Assembly: GCA_043228905.1 (NCBI GenBank)
Contig: JBHGNT010000006.1
Location: 7,812,001-7,876,000 of the forward strand
DNA length: 64,000 nt
Direction of reading: 5' to 3'
Origin: Azolla caroliniana
Lineage: Eukaryota > Plantae > Polypodiophyta
Below, one piece after another: positions 52,205 to 64,000 of the stretch (position 1 is its first letter; every line of letters starts with the position of its first letter). Under the pieces are notes generated by a model, which had not been told where the DNA came from, ran no database searches, and saw nothing but the letters and a program-made list of their open reading frames with translations. Both the position numbers and the translations under genes were made by a program.

Positions 52205-55029
52205 CAGAAAGATCATGTGTCTTGCGTCGTTTTTTGATATGATTTCAAGCTTACATGAAGTATGATGAGTGGAAATGTATGTAATTCCTGGTTTTTTGAA
52301 CAAACAATCGCGTAACTAATGCTCAGCCAAGACAACCTCAAGCTTTACTAGAGACGAGCAATGGAGGAGTGCACCTGTCCAAAAAGCTTATGTCCAGGTA
52401 TATTCGGTTTCTGCAACATGATCCCATCTTTTGGATGCGCTTATAACATTGCAAATTTACCTCTCTCTATTTTGTTTTTGATTCTTACAGATATTTCCGA
52501 AGATAAAGTAAGTTTAACCTTCTATTTTAATAAATTCGTACTATTTGTTTTCATGTTATTTTTTCAAATGACCATGGTGACTGTGATTTGTCTTTATAAA
52601 TGCATGAATGAGAATCAGCATTAGAGAGAAAGAAATAACACATTGTTAGTGTACCTAAGAAGCTAGGTAGCATACGAGGCCAAAGGCCATGGTTACAATG
52701 ATACATGCTTATTCTATCAAAACAAGTTCAAAAAGAAAAACTACGATAACACCCTATTTTACAACTTCAAGCCTTTTTATTGCCAGCATTTTTTCGAATA
52801 TGTTCAAAACTCATTTTCGTCTGGTTTCTTTTCACTACGGTACACCATGTAATAAATGGAAAAAATTCTGAAATCCCCCTGAGTTTTTGGTTATTCCTTC
52901 AAAAACTCGTGTGTCAATCCCATTATGTGTGCTACTTGAGCAATTATATGGTCACAACATCGCTTTGATTCTCTTTTGGGAAGCTTAAATGGTCAATTCA
53001 TCTCTTATATGTGCAACTCGAGCAATTATATGGTCGGTTCATCCCTTTCTTCTCTCTTTGGAGGATTTCTGAAGGACATTTGATCAAATAATGGCAACTT
53101 AGGGGTATTTGGGGAAATAAAGAAAAACTCGGGTATCTTGAGTTTTTTCTATGGTGTGAGAGATGTAAATATTTAAATGTATGGCTGATGTAAACCTCAC
53201 AAAAAGGAGGAGCCCTTAGTTTGCTCAGTATTTTTTTAAATTTTATTAGGGCTCGATGTAGCAATTGTAATATATTGGCCACAACGTGTACTTGGAGTGA
53301 GAAATGCCGTCATGATTATTTGAATGAGCCTCCAGTGGGACTTGGGAGACCGCATGGACAAACTCGATACAGGTTGAAGGCTTTCCCATCTGAAGCAGTT
53401 TCTGCATTGGTGGCTATTGTTGTGGTAGGTTCTTCTGTGGTTGCACTGCGGCAGCTTAGTGCAGACAAATCGTCGGCTTCTTCGCCACAGGAAAAGGTAA
53501 AAGTAAAAATTGCACATTGCATGATGAATATACACACAATTATTTCAATATGTTCTCGAGAACCATGATGGTTCAGTGTTTGTGGAAAGAATTCTTTAGG
53601 AATTGGCCAAGTTTTTCCTCTTATCCTATGCTGGTGTATAAATATGATTAAAACGGATGGTGTGCAACCACTACAAAACAAATAATAGGAAAATTATGCT
53701 AAATACATGTGCCTCATATGAGGTTGAATAAATGTATCAAAAGGGGAATGCACCTAACTGAGAGAAGAAATTGAAATTACAAGAAAGTACTGTAGTTTTT
53801 TATTTTTTCTTAAAAGTGATATTGGATTTTGCACCTTTATGATATATTTCCAACTGGCAACTTTTAAAATTGGACTTTGATTTTCATAAAGGAGCAAATG
53901 ATGAGAAAATGCCACTAATTTGTAGGCAAAAACTGTATATCATTCTACTGGATTTTGTTCCTTGTATAAATATTTTAGTCAATTGTCAAGTTAAAAAATT
54001 CTACTGGTGTTTTTTGAACCACACACTTTTCTCCTGTGCACATGAGTTATTATTCCATTACTTTCGAATAATTATCAGGTGCGGTGTGAGGCATGTGATG
54101 GTTCAGGTTTGTGTTCTTCTTGTAATGGTGAAGGGTTTCAGCTTAAGACTCTTTCACCAGAGGCAGCAGCAAAGGCTCGCGCGAATGCACAAGATGCAGC
54201 GACACGATATACCGCAGGGTAAGGCTTTGAGGTTTATGTGTCATCACATTGTTATACTATGAAAAACATCAGAATAGTCCCGAGGTTTTTCTTTCTTTCC
54301 CTAAATGCTACCTAATTGTTCAAATAGCACAGTTTCTCAAGATGGGGTTGACCAAACGAATTTGGGGAAATAACAAAAACTTACTTAGAGAAAATCAGAC
54401 ACTTTAGGAGTGTGTGATTATTATATAAAATAATATCATGCTAGATGATTTAGGAATTTCCCAGTGCCCTCTATCGTAAAGTTTTTTTTAGAACTATCAC
54501 ATATTCGTATCCTTACAAAGATATTTTTTAGTAAATTCTAAATTCTAAAAGGAGATAGAACTATCACATGCAACATATCCTTAGAATGTCATTGATCTGA
54601 ATAGATGTCAAGAAGTTTTTTGGAGATGGCATTTTTGCATCAAACTAAAATTGCACCAAATTAGAAAATTTTGGGGTTTCCCAACTTGCTACTTGAGAAG
54701 TGATACAATGCAGTAGAAAAGAATTTAGAAGTATCATTACAAACATCCCGATTGGTAGATTATAAATGTGTTATCATTCAGAATTTGAGGTTTTTCTGAA
54801 GATGTGGCAGAGATGATATCATCAATCCGATTGCCAAAATTTGTGGGAAATTCCAGAATCATCGTTAAAGCTATTTACCCTAGTTATGTTTCACATATAT
54901 AAGAAGGGTTTTATGTTCATTTATAGGCTTGCCAAAAAGTGGAATTACTGTGTGAGTTGTTCTGGCTCGCGCAAATGTGTGGCATGCGATGGTAGAGGTT
55001 CTTTGTTGACTTCCGAGAGCAATAGTTGA
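52095..55029 (+). CDS. DnaJ/Hsp40 cysteine-rich zinc-finger protein without J domain, probably plastid membrane targeted (about 202 aa, 6 exons)
   Basis: Exons 52095-52125, 52327-52397, 52491-52507, 53250-53496, 54079-54218, 54927-55029 join in frame. Hydrophobic helix AVSALVAIVVVGSSVVAL, then CEACDGSG, CSSCNGEG, CVSCSGSR and CVACDGRG repeats. ATRYTAGLAKKW recalls Arabidopsis ENA-type proteins (from memory, unverified). Confidence 0.88.
52868..53145. mobile_element. Fold-back MITE-like element in zinc-finger gene intron 3 (same family as 21110)
   Basis: gagcaattatatggtc core twice and end ggtatttggggaaataaagaaaaactc. A shorter copy lies at about 54278-54385. Confidence 0.6.
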
Positions 55030-57700
55030 AAGTTGCTTCCAGTGCAAATATTCCATTTTTCTATGTCAGAGTAACATCATCAATCCTACCATGATATAAC
55101 AACAGTTGAATATTAGATTTGGCTATGTCAGAGTCGCACCATGAATCCTATCTTGATATATCAATACGATTAGTGAACTCAGCCATTCATATGTTCATAT
55201 GTGGATGTTTATATTAGTTTTTGTGAGCTTTTGGGTATCATAATCAGTAGTCCAATTTGAAGGACAGGCTAGCTATACATGCAGATTGCACCTGTTGTAT
55301 AATTTTGTATAAACATTCTCTTTTCTAACGTTAAAATGCTTGGCTTGAACAAGAGAGTATATGTGATATCCAATTGTGAGTTTTCTACAAGAGTATGTCA
55401 ATTTAGTGGCATATCCAAGAATATGCAAACCAATATTTTCTTATTAAGAAATTGCATTCCAAATTCAGTTTCCACAACCCATTTGTTATATACAATAGCA
55501 TTGCTGATGCGATGAAGGAACGTTGGCACCCTCAGTTGATCTGAAATATTTGATCTCGTTTTATGACAAATTTATACATTTATTTTGTAATCCTGGACTT
55601 GAGAAGTGATTAATTACTACGTGTGGTTGACATGATTCTAACAGTTATATAAACATTTCACAATTGATTTTTCTTGCATCATGCAGAAACAAGGAAATCA
55701 CACACAATGCAATCTATGTAGTAGTATGCGGAAAAGCTACTCTATGTTATTTAAGAAAAAAAAGGTACCATATGTGTATTAAAGTTTGAAATCATTCAAA
55801 AAAGGTTCATTATGAGAACTATTTTATCCATTATTCCGAGCTGTGGAGGAATTTATATTGTAGAGGACTTGTCTAATTTAATTCATTTTGTTAATAGGGG
55901 ATTAGTTAAATCATCATTAAATGTCCAACTATAATCAGATTGACAAAATTCTAATTGAAGTGAAGTTTTTATAGTTTTGAGCTTAATGGTGCAGGGTTCA
56001 ACTTTTGGAGTTTTAAGTACAAATGATTTGAGTAGTTCACATCAGTCAAAGTGCGACAAATCACTAAAATTTGTCAATAATATAGCTCTTTCCACATCCA
56101 TAAGACTGCAACTTCCTCAAAAGAAGCAACCATGGATTCTCAAATCACTTTAAATAGAGGCAACAATAAGGGTTTAGAATGTACGCTACAATTATATATA
56201 TATATATAAAATTGTCCCCACCTTTTGGCAACATCCAACACATGGATATAATCACAACCAACATGCCACATTGCCAAGCATGACAAGAATACATGCAGAA
56301 ATATATGAGAGGGAGGGAGGGAGAAAGCAAAATATGTGTGAAACTAGCTATCCAAGATCAATTAAACAAGTCATTCACACATATATTGTGAGGTTATTGA
56401 ATTTACATCGGAAAACAATTGATGTCTAGAGCATGCCATTTGTTTTTTGCCCATCTTATTTGTGGCAACATTTTAATGTACTCAACAAATAAAGAAACAA
56501 CAATAGAATGCAGAGTTTATGTGATGGGAAATCATTCTCAAAACCAAATACCACTAGATAACTACCTACTTGTCACTCTTGTTGTTCTCATACATATGCA
56601 CCTAGTAGCTAGATTAAGGGATATGAAATGTAATGACATGGATAAACCTAAGGATTAGTGTAAATATTCATAATAGAAAGAAATCATAGTTGTCACAATT
56701 AAAACCAATTGTACAATGAGTAGATACAATCAATGTTAGTTGTGATCCTCATGTATTCTCTCTATGGTGATCATCATTCGTATTGGATAGAGGATTATAG
56801 AGGCAATATGACTTACGGGACAAGATATTGGATCTACAATGTTTGCCTAATATGTACTAGTTATGATAGGGACATGATTGTCACATTTTTGTTTAGAATG
56901 TAACCATGGGCCAATTGATAAATGTGGATTTTGCCATTGAAACATTCACGTCGATGAAGATAGGGCATCTATCCTATTTAAAGTGTCCTATATTGCATTA
57001 AATCGTCTCATAACCATATAATATTACATATTCCTTTGAAAACATTTTAAATATTGTTAAAGCTCCCTAGTATTGTTTAAGATCCTATGATAACCCCATA
57101 ATTTCTTTTTGCGCGTATTTTGGGGGAGGGGAGTATGAAATATGAACTTGGATTCTTAATATTCACATTCAAGGGACAATATACCATTATATTTACATAT
57201 ACAAGCATGAGAGTGCACATGCATGCAAATCCCCATACATTAATACACACATTTGCACGTGCACTCATTATATTTACACCTACATACAAATGCAAAGATA
57301 CTACACGTACTCATATTATATGTAGTGGTGCACACATACAACACTTTATCTCACACTCAAAATGCATATTTACAAGTGCACTTGTGCAATAAAAAAAACA
57401 CATTAGCACCATGACGACGGGACAACTTGCTCTTTGATTCCCACAACCCTTACACCATCAAATCTATCTTCCTTGGTTCGGGTTCTCGGTGGTTCATTGC
57501 CAATGTCTTGGAAAAGGAAAATATGTTAGATCCATGTGTATCCAAGAAAAAGAAGACACCAAGATTTTTTAGAATATCTTCCATGGAATTGTTAGTATGA
57601 ATACCTTTAAGGAGCGGTGTAATTAAAATAATGGTTGTGGTGCCTAATTTACTCTTGAAATGTACCCATGGAAAGAAACATGCAAGGTCATTATACAAGT

Positions 57701-58692
57701 AGTTGATAAGGGAAAGGAAGTTCATGAAGAGATCGTTGTAAAGGGATTGCTAAAAAAAGATGTTGTAATGTACTTAACAATGCTTTGGTAGATATGTATG
57801 CAAAATGTGGTGCATTATACGAGCAGTTGATAAGGGAAATGAAGTTCATGAAGAGATCGTTGTAAAGGGATTGCTAGAAAAACATGTTGTAATGTACTTA
57901 GCAACGCTTTGGTAGATATGTATGCTAAATGTGGTGCACTAATGAATGTCTTTAAGGGAAAGGAAGTTCATGAAGAGATCGTTGTAAAGGGATTGCCAGA
58001 AAAAGATGTTGTAATGTACTTAACAATGCTTTGGTAGATATGTATGCAAAATGTGGTGCATTATACGAGCAGTTGATAAGGGAAAGGAAGTTCATGAAGA
58101 GATCGTTGTAAAGGGATTGCTAAAAAAAGATGTTGTAATGTACTTAACAATGCTTTGGTAGATATGTATGCAAAATGTGGTGCATTATACGAGCAGTTGA
58201 TAAGGGAAATGAAGTTCATGAAGAGATCGTTGTAAAGGGATTGCTAGAAAAACATGTTGTAATGTACTTAGCAACGCTTTGGTAGATATGTATGCTAAAT
58301 GTGGTGCACTAATGAATGTCTTTAAGGGAAAGGAAGTTCATGAAGAGATCGTTGTAAAGGGATTGCCAGAAAAAGATGTTGTAATGTACTTAACAATGCT
58401 TTGGTAGATATGTATGCAAAATGTGGTGCATTATACGAGCAGTTGATAAGGGAAAGGAAGTTCATGAAGAGATCGTTGTAAAGGGATTGCTAAAAAAAGA
58501 TGTTGTAATGTACTTAACAATGCTTTGGTAGATATGTATGCAAAATGTGGTGCATTATACGAGCAGTTGATAAGGGAAATGAAGTTCATGAAGAGATTGT
58601 TGTAAAGGGATTGCTAGAAAAAGATGTTGTAATGTACTTAGCAATGCTTTGGTAGATATGTATGCTAAATGTGGCGCACTAATGAATGTCTT
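57701..58692 (+). repeat. Tandem array derived from PLS-class PPR coding sequence (8 monomers, 370-bp trimer period)
   Basis: Each monomer reads KGKEVHEEIVVKGLL(K/E)KDVV, then a frameshift, then VL(N/S)NALVDMYAKCGAL. Trimers start at 57701, 58071 and 58441. Confidence 0.95.
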
Positions 58693-59884
58693 TGGCAGCC
58701 TAAGAGCAGTTGGAAAAGGGAAAAAACCATGACGAAGTTAAGAATATTTGGAAGTGTCCATGTATAATTTAAATCACTTTAGATATAATATAAATCATTG
58801 TTGGAAAAAAACAAACAAAAAAAAAACATGCAAGGTTGTTGAGTGTGAATGCCAATCAATATCAATGTGTTGATGTGGAGGCATAATTAAGATACGGGAG
58901 ATGTTCTAATCACAAGTAGGGAAAGTGATCCACTTTCAATTAATTAATGCCACTTTATGAATTGATGGCAAATTTTTATCGTTATAATGAAGTGAAAGCT
59001 TTGAAGTAAGAAAATGACGATCTAACAATCATCTATCTTGAGTAAAGTTGGTAGACACTGTCACACCATGATTCCATTAATTGGAACTATTAAAACAAGT
59101 TTTGTGCCTATTTGAATTCACTATTATGGGTTAAATTAAATTCAACAACCAATCTTATACTATGCAAGGAATGACTCTATAGCTTTGGTTCACTACACAT
59201 TATTAGCATAAGATATTTAAATATAAATGTAATCAACAAGTTGAGCATGTCATTAAAATGAAACAGAAGTCTACACTTCTCTAACAAAGTTGGTATACAA
59301 CATTCTTCCAATCGTTGAAACTTACTAATCAAGTTTTGTACAACTTTGAATTCAATCTTATGAGTTAAATTGATTTCAATGACCGATCTTATGCTAGGCA
59401 AGGAGACACTATGGAGCTTTGATTCACTAAACATCATTAGCATACAATATTAGAATAAGACCATTATCCACAAGTGTTGAGCATGTTGTTACTAGTGAAA
59501 GTGAAACATACACTTTTCCAATAATATGATCCACAGAATAAAACAATATCAAACAGAAAATTGGTTAGAGTGTAAGAGGTATTAAGGTCACGAAATGGTT
59601 CTAATTGGTGAAAAAGTAATCATTATCTTATTGAGCTTAATACTCGTTTGTACTAATATTTTCCCACAACATTTACAAGAATGGTACATGCAGAGGAGGA
59701 GAGATGGAAATTAAAGAGGATTCATTATTTTCTTTGTGGGTTTAAAGTTTACAGATGGGGTTTTTTTTTCCATAAAAAATTACAATGAATATTGCATGTG
59801 AATGTGGTTACATTAGATTTTAGATCTAATTTAGATGCCTTTGACAATTACATGAAATTATAAGTTTTTATTTTAGATCCAAAT

Positions 59885-60030
59885 CAACAACATGCTTTTA
59901 GATATATATGGTAAATGTGGCCGCATCAAAGAAGCATAATGCTCTATCTGCAAGGGACATTGCATCTTGGAATGCAATGACAAAAGGGTTTGGAATAAAC
60001 CACGATGGATATATGGTGGTTTAATGTGTT
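59885..60030 (+). pseudogene. PLS-class PPR pseudogene fragment
   Basis: NMLLDIYGKCGRIKEA* followed by LSARDIASWNAMTKGFGINHDG in another frame. Confidence 0.75.
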
Positions 60031-61002
60031 AATTTAGGGGTTTAGATACAATAAATCAATCCTTTCAAGTGGTTAATCCACCTTTATTATTGTTACCTCA
60101 ATCCATCTACACTTAAATATTTGAAAATTCCTTGATTGATTTTTATTACATGAATTTTGAGATATTTGTCCAAAACAACTTGAGTTCATATTTGCATTCC
60201 AAAATATACACACACCCATCCTTTAAAGCCATAACTAACTTGAAAATCCCACTCATATTGGTGGAAATCCTAGTAACGAGCTTTTAGAAAATTGAAAAAG
60301 TAGCCAACAAATCATAATTATTTGGGTGTTAGAGTTTATTACTCAACTATTCTTCACCAATAAACGACAACGATTCATGCTATGTGTACTACGCCTTCTT
60401 AGAAGTTTTTATTTGAAGATTCACCTTAGTATATTACTTGAAAATTGGACATGGAGAAAACAAGAGACATTTCATCTCACTTCTATCGTGATACAAAGGC
60501 TAGTATAAGCATCTGATCAAGCAGATGTTGTCATATATGAAACAAGCAGATGACTTCTTGGAAGTTACTTATACCATTGAAAATTCACAACTTTTATTTT
60601 TTGTTCAAACTTGTAAAGAATCTTGGAACAAGGGTCATCATGTGAACACTAATTGATACATGAATAATCAAACCTTATGAACACCATGAAGAAGAGAACA
60701 CATTGAAATGTGTATTTGCTCCATAGAACAATGGGATTGAAGAGAGTGTACCAAAAGCAGAGGATATTACAAACCTCGATGAGATTGAGAGTAGAGCATT
60801 GTAAGAGGGAGAGGCAATATTTGAAGTTGTATCTTTTGTATGTTTCAATACATACACTTCATTGACAAACATATACAATTTAATGAGAGAGAGAGAGAGA
60901 AAGAGAGACCAGGTCATGGGTTCAACCCCTACATTCTACAATGGCATCTAGTGATATAAGAGATATCTATGGAGTAATAGAGAGGTGAGAAAATTGGGTT
61001 TC

Positions 61003-61040
<38 letters not shown>

Positions 61041-61050
61041 CAGATAGATA
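61003..61050. repeat. (ATAG)n microsatellite at the 3' end of the RTE element
   Basis: Read directly. Confidence 0.9.
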
Positions 61051-64000
61051 TGTTTAGGGCAAAGTGTGCATAGCCGACCACTCTCATCACTTGTACCCCA
61101 ACGCCTTGTTTCACATCGCAATGCATGTGAGCTAAGTCGCATGGAAGCAATGGTTCGAATGGAAGATAACGATATGGGCTCTAACATGTATGGATGTGTA
61201 CGATTTCCCCGTTCCGCAAAGAATATGGTTTTGTAGTTAGGTGCAACATGTGTAGTATAATGTGTGAAGCGTGAGCCTCCACATTTGTCCCATGTCATGA
61301 TACATTGGCGTTGCAAAAATGCCTCATTTACAGAGGAATCTAATGATGCATCATGAATCAAGTGTCTTGCATCCCATCTACCAAACCATTTTTCTATATC
61401 TTGCATCCAACCGGAACACAAAATTTTGCTTTTATGTGTCTTTTGGATCTTTTTGCTTGCTTCCCACGCAATTCTAGGAAGTCGATGTGAAGGACTTTTT
61501 TGAACCTTAAGCATGTATTCAACAACCCTTTCCATGGCCATGATCTGAATGGGAAACGATCCCGTCTCAAGGAGGAGGAGGGTGTAGGGCGTTTGTTTCT
61601 TAACTTGTAGAAACTTGGTAAGAAAATGCTTTTGGACATTTTCAAACTCTTTCCACATAGATTTAGGGATGCTACCGCCCCATACTTCCACCCCATAGAG
61701 AAGAACCGGTGTCACCAAAGTGTCGAAAAGATATTTCTTGAGGACCCAACACTTAATATCTCCAAGATTGCATGTGTTCTCAAATGCATAGTATGCTCGC
61801 TTGCCCGCCTTTAAGCGGCGTGTAGCACATTCATTCCATCTATGATTTGAAGGAACTTCAAGGCCAAGATATTTGAAGCTTTCCACACATTCAAGTGGCT
61901 CATTGTTGTACATAATGCATGGTTTATCTCTTTTTTGGCTCTTCACAAGCATAATCTTTGTTTTAGAGCTATTGACACTTAATTTAGTATGCATGCAAAT
62001 TTTTTCCAATGCCTTCATAAGCTTTTGTGCATCTCCTAAAGTATTTGCAAAAAGCACTACATCATATGCATATAGCAAAAGCATAATCACAACATTCCCA
62101 ATGGCAACTTCTTCAACACATTCTTCCTTTGCAAACTTGGTAACCATTTCTTCCAATTCATCAATGCATAGACCAAATAGTGTTGGTGAGAGTGGGCATC
62201 CTTGCTTAACGCCAATAGTGCTTTTGAAAAAATCTAAAAGTTTATCTCTCATGCGCACACAACATATAACCTTCTCATAAATTCGGGAAATTGCAAGCAT
62301 ATATTCACTTGGCACCTCAAGTTCTTCCATTCGCCTCCAAAGATGCTCACGAGGTACCATATCAAAAGCTTTCTTGAAGTCTACAAAGCAACAATATAAA
62401 CCTTTACCTCTAAGGCGACTTTCCTCCATTAATACTCGAAGGGTGATAAGGTGATCAATGGTGCTATGGTGTTTCCGAAAGCCAGCTTGTCCATAAGCTC
62501 TCTTACCACTTTTTTCAGCCCATACTCTTATCTTTGATTCCATTATACATCCAAATAGTTTTGCCATTAATGAGCCAACCATGATGGTTCGATAGTTGTT
62601 TACATTATTTATATCTTCACCTTTATGTAAAGGTTTGATCCAATTTGTAGTCCAATCGTACGGCATACCATGTTGCAATGCATCATTAAACATATCGCTT
62701 ATCCATATATGTGCTTCCTTTCTCGTCCATTTGAGCATTTCAGCCTTTATACATTGAAGATCGCTTGCCTTTCGAGAGGCCAATTTCTTAAGTCCTATGC
62801 ATATATCTTCAATTGTAAAGAAGGGAGGCATATGTGAAAGAGAACCATAACACGTCATCTTTCCGGCAAGAGATAACTCATATAAATTCTTACAATGCAT
62901 AGACAAGTCGTGAAGAGTTAAGTCACCATAACTCTCAACACGTTTTCCCTTTAGATTTCCCCAAAATTTAGCACATGCATGTGCTTTCTCTTGCGTTTGG
63001 ATAAATTGTTGAGTAACTTCCCATATTCTTCTCTTTCTTTGAATAAGCCTTTTATACTCATACAAATGCTTTTGGTAATTCTCTTTATCCTTAACTACGT
63101 CCAAAACCATAAGGCACTTTCGAGCTTCATGACATTCTTTATCAAACCATTTTTTCCTAAGTTTCTTGGTGCATTTCCAAGATGTGCGGTTGGTCGAAAA
63201 ACATTTGTTTGTACATGAGAGAATGACTTTCTTGAAAGCTTCCCATTTGCATTCTAGTGTGGCACCATGTTGTATCTTTGTCATTTGTAACATATCCTCA
63301 ACCATCTTGGAGTACATGGGTGCTCGCTTAAGGTTCATGCTCAAGTGCGGTTGTTTATTATCTTCAATAGCCTTCTCACAATCAAACCTATGCATACATT
63401 TGAGATCAATACATAAAGGCCTATGATCGGATTCCGGTGTCCATTCACCAAGTGAGAATTTATGTATACGATCCAAAATACATTCGGAAAGTAGCACATA
63501 GTCAATCACACTATTTCCGTTGTGTTTTCTACATGTAAAACCATTAGTGTTGGGTCATAAGGAAATACCATTTGCAATAAGCAATCCAGTACTATTGCAC
63601 ATTTGTAGGAGTAACTTCCCAAATTGGTCTGGATCTTTTTCATCGCTAGAAGAGCGGTTATACATTTGCATATCCTCTTGCATCCTTGAGATATGTGGCA
63701 TGAAAGATTCTTGTGAATCAAGTTGGAAACTTCTTGTACGAGCATTCATGTCACCAAAGACAATAACTTCCCCTTTGGATTTGAAATAAGCAATATCATC
63801 TTTTAGATTGGCAAACGGTTGATCTTTATCCAAACAAGCATAAAAGTTAGAATCTTGATGAGGAATGTAACATCCAACTACAAAAGTGGGCAAATCATTA
63901 GGTGTTTCTATTTTGAGCCATATGTAACATTTATTTTCATCATTTTTTATGATTGACACATATTTCTCTATTTCCTTCTTAATCAAACATGCCACCCCTC
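61051..64000 (-). mobile_element. RTE-type non-LTR retrotransposon (APE + RT), runs past the window end
   Basis: APE motifs GCYIP, GDMNART, IDYVL..SDHRP. RT motifs NNYRTI, QAGFR, VDFKKAFD, GVKQGCPLSPTLF, FKYLG. One frameshift near 63510-63555; catalytic YADD reads YAYD. Confidence 0.93.

Noticed and set aside
57701-58692. Functional PPR gene or CRISPR array
   Set aside because: Every monomer is frameshifted, there is no long ORF and there are no unique spacers.

Overview
Land-plant nuclear DNA; the PLS-type PPR remnants and retroelement content suggest a fern, but that is inference. Four spliced protein-coding genes can be rebuilt with consistent exon phases: a kinesin with an ARK-type motor but no armadillo repeats (minus, 8391-14894), a CDKC-like Ser/Thr kinase (minus, 18303-25229), a GPI-anchored non-specific lipid-transfer protein (minus, 44746-45547) and a DnaJ-type zinc-finger protein (plus, 52095-55029). 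An unresolved minus-strand locus at about 0.9-6.7 kb carries three paralogous first exons. The rest is mostly mobile elements: a full-length decayed L1 holding nested Copia and gag-only LTR elements, a truncated intronic L1, an RTE LINE, hAT MITEs with 8-bp target-site duplications, and a fold-back intronic MITE family. The most unusual structures are a near-perfect 478-bp hairpin, a higher-order tandem array built from PPR coding sequence, the first-exon triplet, a roughly 41-bp stem-loop array just upstream of the kinase ATG, a 3x40-bp higher-order repeat in a kinase intron, and (TTAGGG)7 beside a splice donor. No CRISPR array, rRNA or intact tRNA gene was seen. All calls come from reading by eye, without database searches.
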